Below, one piece after another: positions 24,068-36,645 of a stretch of 64,000 nucleotides of DNA (position 1 is the first letter of the stretch; every line of letters starts with the position of its first letter). The stretch comes from Mobula birostris (Eukaryota), in assembly GCF_030028105.1 (NCBI RefSeq), contig NC_092378.1:47774400-47838399 (forward strand), read 5' to 3'. Made by a program: the position numbers and the translations under genes. The notes under the pieces were generated by a model. The model searched no databases. It was given only the letters and a program-made list of their open reading frames with translations, and was not told where the DNA came from.

Positions 24068-25003
24068 CTGAAAAACAGGGATGTGTTACACTGAAGTTTA
24101 GTTTCAGCAAAGGCCTTTGATGTTGCACTAAAACATTGCCACACATTTCAAATCTCAAGAACTTTTGAACAAAGATTATGGGCTCAATATTGATGTTTTT
24201 AATATTCCAAATGTTGAGTTTATTTTAACCCTCAAAGGAAGTTGATGAGATCAAATCAAACAATATTTCAATTCAACAATGGTTTGGTTCATCTCTGGGC
24301 AACTCAGACAAAAAAAAAAGTTCTACAAGTAGCTTCTTGTTTCAGGTGCTTTCCTTGGGGTCTTGAGTACAAAATCTACCACATAATTGTGATTTATTCC
24401 TATTGCTATACATCTACTTGGAAATGAGACAGAGCATTCTAGGGGAAGACAGATGGAGTGAGAGGGTGAGAGAGGGTGAAATAGTGAGCAGTGAGAGATA
24501 AATGACAGAAAGTGGAATAGTGATAGATGGAGATAAGAAACAAAGAAATCTGGTGGAGAAGTGAGACAGACAGACTTTGAGTCCATTTTGTTGATGGTTA
24601 GAAAAGCCTAATCCCACCTTCCAACACCAGTTGAACAGTCCTATAAATTAGAACTCCAAGTACACAACATAGTACTTCTTAAATATGGCAAGGGTTTCTA
24701 TCTTTACCTCCTTTTCAGATAAACAGCATCCAACTACTCCCATCGTGTCAAAGAAAAAAATAATTTTCAATTCCCCTCTAATCCTTCTGCAAATTACTTT
24801 AGTTCAATGACCCACAGTTTTGAATCCTCCTCTAAATGAAATAGGCCCAGTCAGTTTCCTCCACCTAGACACATCAAAATTTTATTCATCCCAATTAGGT
24901 GTATTCTCAGCTTCATCTGTTCCAAAGAAAATAAAGTTCAAAGATACATGTCTCAAATAAGAATCCTCCAAGAAAGGCAATGAGGTAGAGAGGTATTCCT
25001 CAA

Positions 25004-25164
25004 GCAACACACACAAAATGCTGGTGGAACGCAGCAGGCCAGGCAGCATCTATAAGAAGAGGAACAGTCAACGTTTCGGGCCGAGACCCTTTGTCAGGAC
25101 TAACTGAGAGAAGAGATAGTAAGAGGTTTGAAAGTGGGAGGTGGAGGGGGAGATCCGAAATGAT
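25004..25164 (-). mobile_element. Short Penelope-derived terminal-repeat fragment with ~13-bp TSD, just 3' of an exon donor
   Basis: aggtattcctcaa (24991-25003) and aggcattcctcaa (25165-25177); hammerhead-like core at 25065-25102. Confidence 0.75.
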
Positions 25165-25187
25165 AGGCATTCCTCAATGCAAGTTAC

Positions 25188-25310
25188 CTGCACAAGTCCT
25201 TCCATTCCCAGTGTAGCCAGTCCCACAAACACACTGGAAAGAGCCGGGGCTGTTGGAACAGGAGGCTGAGCTGTGACAGTCATGGATTCCGCTCTGACAC
25301 TCATCCACAT
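25188..25310 (-). CDS. cbEGF exon type A8: [41 protein letters not shown]
   Basis: Acceptor ttccaaacttcag|, donor CAG|gtaact. 123 nt, phase 1-1. Confidence 0.92.
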
Positions 25311-25642
25311 CTGAAGTTTGGAAGAAATGCAGAGTTTTTACTAAAAGATTTGAATTTTAAACTTTCCCCTGCTACACATCTATATTTTGAATTCACTTCC
25401 TAAGTAAAGCAGACTTCCAAATAGTCCCTCACAAGCTCATCCTCTAGATTTGAGGGATGTTTCAAGAGTGAGGAAATGTCCCAACAGAAAGGTTATTTCC
25501 TACTATCCAAAGTTCATAAATGAGTTTCTAAGACCATGGTCCAGGAGTGTGTGGTACCTTCCCATTCAGCTGAGCATTATTGTTATCAGGTCTGATTTGT
25601 TTTATTTCTTTACTCATTAAGGGATCCTCTTTATCAAAAACC

Positions 25643-27212
25643 CAGGTTTCCCCCGCCATCCGAAGGTAGAGCGTTCCTATGAAAGGGTTCGTAAGCCGAA
25701 ATATTGTAAAGCGAAGAAGCAATTACCATTTATTTATACGGGAAAATTTTGTGAGCGTTCGCAGACCCAAAAATGACCTACCAAATCGTGCCAAATAACA
25801 CATAAAACCTAAAATAACAGTAACATATAGTAAAAGCATGAATGATATGATAAATACACAGCCTATATAAAGTAGAAAAATCATTACTGAACTGTTCGCC
25901 GAAGCGAAAATCTCACACAAGTGCCGACGGCAGAAAACCTCACGCAAGCGCTGTTGGCAAGAACACTCTCTCTAGTAACCTTTAAGCTATGAAGCTGCCA
26001 AATCATACCAAATAACACGTAAAAATACACAGCCAATATAAAGTAGAAATAATGTATGTACAGTGTAGTATCACTTACGGGAATCGGGAAGACAGCGCCG
26101 AGCACACGATCGTGTGTTAGACTTGTCGGAGTTTGGGTGGTGCAGTGGCCCCCACCCTCCGGGCCGCTGAGCGATACATTGCCGCGAAGAACGCAGGGGT
26201 CCAGCAGTAGCCGGGAGGTACACAGCACATCTTTAAGAAAAAAGCCGAAACAAACATGCTAATTAATTAGGTGCTGCCCGTAATTGTCGGCCCAGATCAG
26301 TGCCGATTTCCGATTGCGTTGTCTCTGATCTGGGCAGACAATTACGTGTTGGCGGCACCTAACTAATTAGCATGTTTATTTCGGCTTTTTTCTTAAAGAT
26401 GTGCTGTGTGCCTCCCAGCTACCTTTGCATTCTCCGCGAATCGGTATCTGTTCGTAGCCTGGGGGTTGGGGTGGTGGGACACTGGGGTGTCATCTCGTCA
26501 CCTATTTCCATTAGAGCAGGCAGCTCATCTTCTTCTATCTCTGCCCGCCTCGATGTCGACGGTCGAGGTTCGTCGTCTGCTGTGGCTGATGTGGAAGGCT
26601 TGCTTGACTGCTGAGCCTCGTGCATTTTTCTATCACCCAGTTCTTTAATACGGACTCAAACCATCCTGCAAATATCCCCTAAACCGACATACCCTTTCAA
26701 AATTAAAGTCGTACTTTATCATTACTCATTCGGTTTCCATTGTTATCCTTTTTACTTCCAATTGCATCAGCTCTTCACCTGTCAGTTCTTGGTGATGGGA
26801 TGCCAAAACCTCTTCAACATCATCTTCGTCAGCTTCCACAAGCCAAACTCACGTTGTCCTTACTTCGTTCACCATGATCAAAACGCTTAATTATGTCTAG
26901 TTTTACCATAAGTGTAACACCCTTATGAGCTCTTTCAGGCTTTTCTGATACCATAGAACTCATCTTGCAAACAGCTGCTCACAGGCACGTGTTAAAGCAA
27001 AGCAGTTCCGAATCCGGGGGAGAGCGGCTGCTCAGGGCGCGCTGCCTTTTATCGCGCACTGATTTTTTCGCGTGCTGATTTTTTAATGAGCGCTGAATTT
27101 TTTTTTCGTAACAGTGAATACACCTTCTGAAAGTGAAAATAGGGTACTAATGTAGGTATTTCGTAACAGTGAGGTTTCGTAAAGCGAATGTTCGAAAAGC
27201 GGGGTACACCTG
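25643..27212 (-). mobile_element. Tigger/pogo-like DNA transposon deletion derivative
   Basis: Imperfect TIRs caggtttcccccgc / gcggggtacacctg-ta. Transposase C-terminal remnant EADEDDVEEVLASHHQELTGEELMQL on the minus strand (~26760-26840). Internal palindrome. Confidence 0.75.
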
Positions 27213-27502
27213 TATAGCACTATACAAAGCTGTAATGCACTTCTGATGAAAGGTCCCTGAAACATTAACCTTGGTTCCCTCTCAGCAGATGTTGCCTGAC
27301 CAGCTGAATATTTCCAGCATTTAAGTTTTTAGTAACTTGCAGGAATTCGAAAATGCCCAGATGTAGTCAGCAAAGTATCAGGTGTAATATCAAAGACAAG
27401 TATCATGAAATTTTTTGTTTTGTCACAGCAGTTCAGTTCAAGCCATAGAAGTTACTGTTAGTTATAAAAGCAAGCAAAGCAAAAATGGAATCACAAGGTA
27501 GA

Positions 27503-28170
27503 TTAGATTAGATTATGAGGACACTCAGTCCGCATTTATTGTCATTTAGAAATGCATGCATTAAAAAATGATACAACGTTCCTCCAGAATGATATCACAA
27601 GAAAACACAGGACAAACCAAGACTAAAACTGACAAAACCACATAATTATAACATATAGTTACAACAGTGCAAAGCAATACCATAATTTGATAAAGAGCAG
27701 ACCATGGGCACGGTAAAAAAAAAAGTCTCAAAGTCTCGATAGACTCATCATCTCACGCAGGCAGCAGAAGGGAGGAACTCTCCCCGCCATGAACCCCCAA
27801 GTGCCGCCAACCTGCCGATGCAGCACCATTGGAAGCACCTGACCGCAGCGGACTCTGAGTCCGTCCGAAAACTTCGAGCCTCCAACCAGCCCCTCCGACA
27901 CAGCCTCTCTGAGCACCGTCCTCTGCCGAGCGTTTCGACTCCGCCCTGGCCGCCGAGCAACAAGCAAAGCCGAGGACTCGGGGCCTACTCCGGAGATTCT
28001 GGACCACACAGTGGCAGCAGCAGCGAAGCCGGCATTTCAAAAGTTTCACCAGATGTTCCTCCGTGCTCTCACGTCCGTCTCCATCAAATCAGAATTGTGC
28101 ATGGCATCCTACTTGACAAATAACAGACACCACCACCGGAGTGGCCGCTGTGAGCTACATCGCACCGCCA
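27503..28170 (-). mobile_element. Non-autonomous retroposon with CpG-rich body and (taatc)n tail
   Basis: 3' end shared with 4131-4381 and 51225-51842. Confidence 0.65.
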
Positions 28171-28589
28171 CCCAAGAGTTCATAGACCATTCAGAAATCT
28201 GATGGTGGAGTGGATAAAGCTATTCCTAAAACACTTTGAGTGTGTGTTATCAGGCTCCTGTAGCTCCTCCCCAGTGGTAATAAGGAGAAGAGGACTGTAT
28301 GGTGAGGTTCCTTTATGATAGATGTCACCTTCTTGAGGCATGTCTTTGGAAGATGTCTTCAGTGGCGGGGGAGGGTTATGCCTGTGACTGAGCTGGCTGA
28401 GTCTACCCCCTACACCTCTTAATTCTGCACCTCAGAGCTTTCATACTAGATGATGATGCAATCAGTCAGAATGTTCTCCATCATATATCTGTAGAAGTTT
28501 GCTCGTCTTAGGTGACATACCAAATCTCCTCAAATTCCAGAGAAGCAGAGCCTTCTTTGGAGATTGAAAATCTGGATAAGTGGTGCCAC

Positions 28590-29290
28590 AACAATAACCT
28601 CTCACTCAGTGTCAGCAATTGACTTCAGGAGAAGGAAACCAGAGGTCCATGACCCAGTCTTCATCAGGGATCAAAGGTGGAGCAGGTCAGCAACTTTAAA
28701 CTCCTCAGTGTTATCATTTTGGAAGGCCGGTCCAGCCCAGAACATAGTGCCATCACGAAGTAAGCACAGCAGCACCTTTACTTCCTTGGAAGTTTGTGTA
28801 GATTGGGCATGACATCTATAACTTTGACAAACTTCTACAGAAGCGTCAGCATATTGACAGGTTGCATCATGGCCAGATATGGAAACACCAATGCCTTTGA
28901 ATGAAAAATCCTGCAAAAGGTAGTGGAGACAGCCTAGTCCATCACGGGTGAAGTCCTCCCCACCACTGAGCACATCCACCCAGAGCTCAGCATCTATCAG
29001 AAAAGCAGCATCCATCATCAAGGATCCCCACCACCCAGGCCACTTTGTCTTCTCACTGCTGCCATCAGAAAGGCGGCACAGGGGCCTCAGGAACCACCCA
29101 CCTAGGTTCGGGCTCAGTTACTACCCCTCAGCCATCAAGCTCTTTACCAGTGGGATTCATTCAACTTCACTTGCCCCATCACTGAAGTGTTCCCACAGTC
29201 GATGGACTTAATTTCAAGGGCTCTTCGTCTCATGATTTCAATATTTATTGCTTATTTGTTTATTATTACTTCTTTCTTTTGTATTTGCAT
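28590..29290 (+). mobile_element. Degenerate Rex1/L2-like 3' fragment
   Basis: KAASIIKDPHHPGH..FSLLPS remnant; the same motif occurs at 36650-37030. Confidence 0.6.
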
Positions 29291-31129
29291 AGCTTGTCAT
29301 CTTTCTGACCCCCCTCAATAAGGATGTAGATGTGCAGGAACTCAGCAGCTGATAAAACAATCAGTGGACACACAGTATAAGGCTTTGTCAGTAAGTGGTA
29401 TATATTGACATTTCCCACATGAGAATCTAATGGCCAATGGTAATGCTTTCCATAAATCCGTCTGTAGGTCAACATTGTGGAATTCATCATTCAGCATGGT
29501 TCACAACCAGACCAGCCACATAAGCACTATAGTTGCTAGAGATGATATCACCAGTGAGTGGCTTATCCTTGAAAATCCCAAAAGCCTCTCAACTACTAAC
29601 TAGTCACATTGTGGCTCAATATTTCTGAGAAAATACTCTCTTTGCTGGAAAAGTGCAGTTGCAAAAACACTTAAAACCTCAACACATTTCAAGATAAAGC
29701 AGCTGGTTTAATGGACATCCCAAATATCAAGTTAAATCCCTCTGCCAAGCGTTACCTATAAGATGCACCTTACCAATATCTACCATTGTCAGAGCCCACA
29801 TCATTGGGGAGAACCTTGACCTCCAAGCCATGCATCCAGTTGATGAGGACATGCAGATCCACTCACTGAGCATTCTGGTAGTTTCCTATTGTGGGAGCAG
29901 CTTCATCACTGGATGGCATTGCTTCAAGTTGGTAGCTAACCAAAACCTTCTCATAAGCAGCGTGAAGATAGGAACTAAATGCTATCGTTCATTTTTAAAG
30001 AACAAATGATTACATTATAAGGATTTCTACCAGTGAGTAGTTAAGTCACAAAGAGGGCAGAAGGGAGGTTTGAGTGATAATATTGGCTGAAGTAGACTTA
30101 CAATATTATACCAGAGAGGAAATGAACACATAATCATAGTGTCTCTCTGTGGAGAAGAATAGGCTGTCTGACATTTCCCAGCCAGATCACATCTCTACCA
30201 TGCAGATGCACAGTTATCTCGAGAGTACTAATAAAATCTCACCATGTCAGGTAATGGTGAGTGCTGCAACCATGAACTCTGCTGCGGAGTCTATATGATG
30301 CGCAACAGGTTTGGCAATTGTGCTTGTGAATATGCACATTCCAGCTAATTACTGTTTCATTATGACAGCATTTAACTCTCTTCTTTTCATTGTAGGCTTG
30401 ATGAGACCTGACCAAAAGCACAGCATTGTTACGATCCCTGTTTACCCTCGTACTTGTCCGGGAAAGAGGACTACCATTTCAACTGAAGCTGAAAAGGAGC
30501 GGTATACATTTAGTATTTATTTATTGCTTCCAGCCACGGTGTTGGTATTTAACTTTCAACTTGAGAGTTTTAGTTAACAGCCCTGTTGGCCTAGCGTTTA
30601 TTGTTCTTCTTTTCCTTTAAATTCTGCAACATTTCTCATTAAGGTCAGTGAACTGTTGACCCACTTCAGTGTCTCTCTCTCCGCACCTGGGCCATATCCA
30701 AATGATCTGACAGGTAAGGTTTGATTAGTAACCTTTAGGTACTAATAGGACCTTGATCTAACAACTCTTCGTATGAGAATGCTTTGTCTTATTTCCCTCG
30801 ATATCTTTGACAGATTTTTTTAGTAGTGTGGAAGAACAGACAGTCCTTAGGCTCCACGTTCATAGATCCGTCAAAGTGGGCACTCAGGTTGATAGAGTGG
30901 TTAAGAGGGCATATGGTGTGTTAGCCTTCATTCATCCCTGGATTTCAAGAGCTGTGAGGAAATGTTGCAGCTCTATACAACCCTGATTAGACAACATTTG
31001 CTGTATTGTGGTCAATTCTTGTTGCCTCCTTATAGGAAGAGCACGGAAACTTTAGAGAGGGTGAAGAGGATATTTATCAAGATGTTGCCTGGATTAGAGT
31101 ACATGTCTTATGAGGATATTACTTCTTAC

Positions 31130-33740
31130 CATATGTACTGAGCACAATTGTATCATCAAGAACCCTTTCTTCCACCAGAAAAAAACAAGTTCAAGGCACC
31201 TTGGCAGCAGCTTCATTCTAAACAGTGCCATCTCATTGACTCTGTCCATTGTTAAGCTAGAGGCCACCATGATGTGGATATCACAAGGGGCATGATTGGC
31301 ACAGATATTTGCTGGACAGATCATCACCTGATCTGCTCCACCACGTCCATCTGAATCAAAAACAGAGAGCTTATAAGAAGTAGACCAGGCCAAGACTTAA
31401 ACCTGAGAACCTGCTTGACACTGCCACTCAACTGCACCTTCAGGCCTCATTTGAGGAAAATCTCCAGTGGAATGTACAGAGGATATCGAAGAACACGCCG
31501 CAGCTTTGTTGCCTGAAAAGCAACAAAGCCACTGGTCCTGATGGGTTCCCAGCAGAGATCCTCAAAGAAGGTGGACCAGTGCTCCTGTACCACATACACA
31601 CCCTGCTCCTGAATGTCTAAGAAAAGGAACAACTGCTCTCAGAGCTTAGGGATGCTCTAATAGTGACCATATTCAAGAAGGGAGACATTGCAGACTGTGT
31701 CAAATACAGAGGCACCTCTCTCCTGGCAAAATGCTTGCAAGTATCCTTGCCAGCCCACTCTTTCCACGATCTGAAGAAGTACTCCTGAATCATAGTGTGG
31801 GTTCTGCCCATCTAGATGAACTACAGACATGATCTTCACAGCATGCCATTTACTGGAAAAGTGCTACGAACAAAGGCAATCCTTGTACCCCAATGTATCT
31901 TGAATGCATTTCCCAAGGTAAATAGGGTCCTGTCTCTTGTCTTGAATATAAAAAAGACACAGATCCTATATCAGCCACCGCCAAACAAGACAGTTACCCA
32001 GCCCTCCATAAAAGTTGACGATATCACCCTTGAAAACGTAGACCATTTTCCCTTCTTTGGCAACATTTCCTCCTCAAAAGCAGATATCGACTCAGAGATC
32101 AACCGCCACCTGAATGGTGCTAGTGGAGCGTATGAAAGATTAAGTAAAATAGTCTTTAAAGATCACAACCTACAGATCAAAAAAGATTTATAGGACAGTT
32201 ATCCTTCTTACATTGCTACATGGAGCTGAATCATGGACCACTACAGTCGACACTTGAAAGCCCTGGAACAATACACCAAAGATCCTTACAAAAGAGCCTG
32301 AGGATCAGCTAGAAGGACAGAGGCACTAACACCAGTATAATGAAGGAGTCCACATGAACAGCATCCCCACCACGGCAAAGCAATACCAATTCTGAAAGGT
32401 AGGTCGTGTCATCTGGATGCATAACTCTCATCCGTGGGAGAAGGAGCTAAAGTCGGCACCAGAACAACTTCTTCCAGTTAATCTACGAGAACAGTTTAAA
32501 TTCTTCTTTCTAATGTCTTTTCTTTCCTTTTCAAGGTGGCTGGGGTCCTGTCAGAGTCAGTGATTTACAGCTGCAATCAAACTACGGTTCTTCACAGTAG
32601 AGGGTTCTCGCTCTTGGAGCTCACCGAGCAGCCTTGCATTTTCGATATCTTCAAGAGCTGCCTGGAAGTGATATTCCCTCAGGGTGCGACCCTGTGGCTC
32701 TGTGGATGATCCGATTACTGCCACTGTTGATGACTGAAGCAGCGCGGGAGATCAGAATATTGAGACAGCAGCGTACATCAAAACAGCGAGCTGTTGGTCT
32801 CCTCTCTCATTCTGGCAAGAGCAATATTTCTCTTTTGTGAGAGTGTGAGAGTGAGAGAATGAGAGAGTGAGAGAGTGAGANNNNNNNNNNNNNNNNNNNN
32901 NNNNNNNNNNNNNNNNNNNNNNNNNNNNNNNNNNNNNNNNNNNNNNNNNNNNNNNNNNNNNNNNNNNNNNNNNNNNNNNNNNNNNNNNNNNNNNNNNNNN
33001 NNNNNNNNNNNNNNNNNNNNNNNNNNNNNNNNNNNNNNNNNNNNNNNNNGTGCTGGGATGAACAGTGTTTTTTTGATGGACTCTAGATCATGGTCTCTTT
33101 GGGGGCTTTGCTATTGCTTGCATGGTGGGTTGTGGGGGCTGATGCATTTGCTGAGGCAGGTGGGGGGAAGGGGAGGGGGATGTTTGACGCTTTGCTGCTG
33201 TTTGTGCATGGGAGGGGGTGCTTTGGGGTTCTAACATTTTCTCATCATTCATTCTTTGGGATTTTTCTTCTGTTTTGTGGGTGTCTGCAGAGAGTAAGGA
33301 TTTCAGGCTGTACACTGTACACATTCTCTGATAGTAAAGGGAACCATTGAACCACACCTCCCCCAGTTGAAGGAAAGTCAGAGAATCCCTGGTGGGCAAA
33401 GGAAAACGCTTCAAAGATAACATCAAAATCAGCCTGAAGAAATTCAGCACTACATCTAAAAAATGGGAAGACTTTGCACTCAATGGGTACACCTGGAGGA
33501 AATTTGTTCAAGAGAGGATTGTGCTTCATGAGAACAAAATCCATTGTGCTGCAAAGAACAAGTGCCAGTTATGGAAGGAGAGACTAAACAACCAAAAAAC
33601 CTGAACACTAACAGCCACCATTTACTGTTGCCTACACTGCCCAAGAATATAGGGATCCCAGATCGGCCTCTACAGCCAGATGAGGACCCACCAATGGACA
33701 ACCCCTTAGGAGTTCATCATACTCAACTCAAGTGATTACA
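31130..33740 (+). mobile_element. Degenerate RTE-clade LINE, interrupted by a SINE-like insert and a gap, lying between CR1 fragments
   Basis: Remnants KATGPDGFPAEILKEGG, LNIKKTQIL, LENVDHFPFFG, GAESWT, GKRFKDNIKISLKK. Confidence 0.7.
32881..33049. other. Assembly gap
   Basis: Run of N after a GA-rich tract. Confidence 1.
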
Positions 33741-35317
33741 CGACTGTGAGGATAGGATGAGCGAGTGAGCTGAGGTTTCTCTCTTTGGAGCTAAGAGAGA
33801 TGAGATGCGACTTGACAGAGTTGTGTAAGATGAAAAGAGGCATAGGTAGAGTGGAGAGCCAGCAACTTTTCCCCAGGGCAGAAATGGCTAGTAAAAAGGG
33901 CATTACTTTAAGGTAATTGGAGGAAAGGGGGGGCAGATATTAGATGTAGGTTTTCTTTTACACAGAGAGCAGTGGGTGCATTGAACGTGCTGTCAGGGTT
34001 GGTGGTAGATGCAGATACATTAGAGACATTTAAAAGACTCTTAGATAGGTGGATGGATGAAAGAAAATTGCAAGAGGAAAGTCACAGCACCACATCCTTC
34101 ATTGTAGGGAAATTGTATCCAACACAATATTCCAGATATAATCTCACTAAGACTTTTTAAAAGTCTTCACACTTACACTCAAATCCTCTTACAGTATAAA
34201 GTCATTTGCTTTTTTTTTCTTTATTTGCTTTTCTAATTTCTTGATTTACCTGATAATTTAGTTACTCATTAATTCAAGTATATGTCTCTCTGAGCACCAA
34301 CACCTTTCAAATACTCTCCATCTCAGAAGTATTTAGTAATACCTCTTTTTTCTATCAATATCTCACATTTTTCCACTTTATTATTTTGTCTTATATTACA
34401 TATTTGGCAAATCCTGTCAATTCGTGTAGCCTGTCTATACATCCTGAAGCAGCCTCGGACCCTCATTACAACTCACGTTGCTTCTCCACTTTGTATTCCC
34501 AGCGAACTTGGATATATTACTCTGCATCTCTTCATTTAGATAACTGATATAGGTTGTGAACATCTGGGGTCCCAGTGCTGATTCCTGTAGCATCCCATTA
34601 GTCCCAGCCTGTCATTTGAAAATGACCCTTTTCTTTCTATTTGGTGAACAATTATTGACTGATTCTCTCAAATTCATATGCTTTAATTTGGGCAGCAACT
34701 GAGTGACTTCATCAGACGTAAAAGGATTCCAGTCCCATTGTTAGACATTTGGGGCTCATCACAAGTGGGTGAAAATAAACTGAAGATTATGATGTGTATT
34801 TAATATTTCTATAATATTTGAGTTATCTTGTAAATATATTGTTTGATTAAGCATTCTTGCTCATTTAAATAGTTCGGATGTTCGAAGGTTCAAAGGTTCA
34901 CTTATTATCAAAGTATACAACTCTGAAATTCTTCAATTTTCTGGATAGCCATGAAACCAAGGGAAATAAAGGAAAAGAAAAGAAAGGCAGCATGATCGCC
35001 AACCCCCAATTCCCACCTCCCCGCAAAATAAAACAAACAAAAACAGAAGAGGCACATCAACCCCCAAATCTCCCTTCCTGCATAAAAAAAACGAGCAGAA
35101 CATTTGTAGGTTATATGTGAAAAAGTGAATTGCATGCATCATGATGCTACCCCATGATACACATGTGCCTCCCTTGAAGTAAAACACGAAGTTAGACTCA
35201 CATTTCAAACTCCCTTCTCTTCCTTTGAATTAGTTTAATGTTTTGAAGTTACAAAACATAACAGATTACACTTAAAAATCTTGAGATTTTCTTAATGAAA
35301 GGTTCAGTACCAGTTAC

Positions 35318-35440
35318 CTGTACAAGTTCTCCCGTCCCCAGTGTACCCAGCCCCACACACACACTGGAAAGAGCCAGGGCTGTTGGAACAGGAGGCCAAG
35401 CTGTGACAGTTGTGGCTCCCACTCTGACACTCATCCACAT
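35318..35440 (-). CDS. cbEGF exon type A7: [41 protein letters not shown]
   Basis: Acceptor ttccaatctccag|, donor CAG|gtaact. 123 nt, phase 1-1. Confidence 0.92.
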
Positions 35441-35681
35441 CTGGAGATTGGAAGAAAGGGAGAGTTCATTTGTGAGTTGGTTGGCTTGTAAATGTTTAAC
35501 TTTCTCCTGATACTGGCCCAGATTTAGGTTCAGCCCCTATAACCCTTGGAAATCCATTGGTTAAATGTGGAGAGGCCAGGTAAAGCCACACAGTCCAGGA
35601 CATTGCCAGCTCTCATTCCTGCTCTTTATGGGGTCAGACCACAGCAAGGTGTCAGATCTCCTGTTTGTCTGTTTGATAGCA

Positions 35682-35685
<4 letters not shown>

Positions 35686-35717
<32 letters not shown>

Positions 35718-35730
35718 TGTGTGTGTGTGT
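35686..35730 (+). repeat. (TG)n microsatellite
   Basis: Visible directly. Confidence 0.9.
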
Positions 35731-35989
35731 ATGCGTGCACGCATGCGCTTGGGTTTATATGTATGTAAAAATGAAAAAAAAAGTATGATCTCAGGTTTGG
35801 AAGATAAAGCCTGACTAAGTTTAGGAGTGAAAGCACACGCATGGTCCTTCAAAGTATCCAGGAGAAAGCCATTTGACTGTGAGAAGTGTCAATTAGTGGT
35901 GCTCTCAGCAAAACAAACCTCAATCCTGCACTGGTTGGGTTAGGGAATGATCAAAATGTCCTGTTCCCTCACTTATTTGCCTCACTATT

Positions 35990-36645
35990 ATAGAGTCATA
36001 GAGTCATGCAGCATGAAAATAGGTCACTCAGTCCATCCTGTCCACGCTGACCAATGGGCACCTACCCATCGTTATCCCACCTTCCAACACTTGACCCGTT
36101 AGCTTCCACTGTGTGTCTGGGTAATTCAGGTGCTTATCTGTATACTTCATTAATGCTGACAGCACCTCAGCTTCTACCACTCTGTCTGGCTGTGCGTTCC
36201 AGGTACTCACCACTCTCTGAGTGACGAAGGTCCCCCTCAGATACCCTCTAAAACTCTTGCCACTTTCACTAAATCTATGTCCTTTAATTTTATTCTTCTC
36301 TGTTAAGAGGAAAAGTTTCTTACAATTTACCTCATCCATAAGCTTCATAGATTTATATACCTCGTGTCTCTTATTTACCTCTCCACTTGAATAAAACAAA
36401 CCATTCTTCTCCAATCTCTGCTCATACAAAACTGTTCCATCCCTTCAACATCCTAGTCAATCTCCTCTGCTTCCACTTCATTACTATCACAATTTTCCTA
36501 CAGTGTGATAATTTCATCTGCAAGCAGTACCTCAGTTGAGGATCTGACCAATGTTTTATAAAGTTAGAACATTAGCTCCCTGCTCTTGTTTTCAGTGCCC
36601 TGACTAAAGAAGGTCAATATCTCATCTGACTTCTTAATCACACTA
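35990..36645 (-). mobile_element. CR1 3' fragment
   Basis: YEQRLEK..GLF...FVTQRVVSTWNAQP in ORF 36028-36429. Confidence 0.7.
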
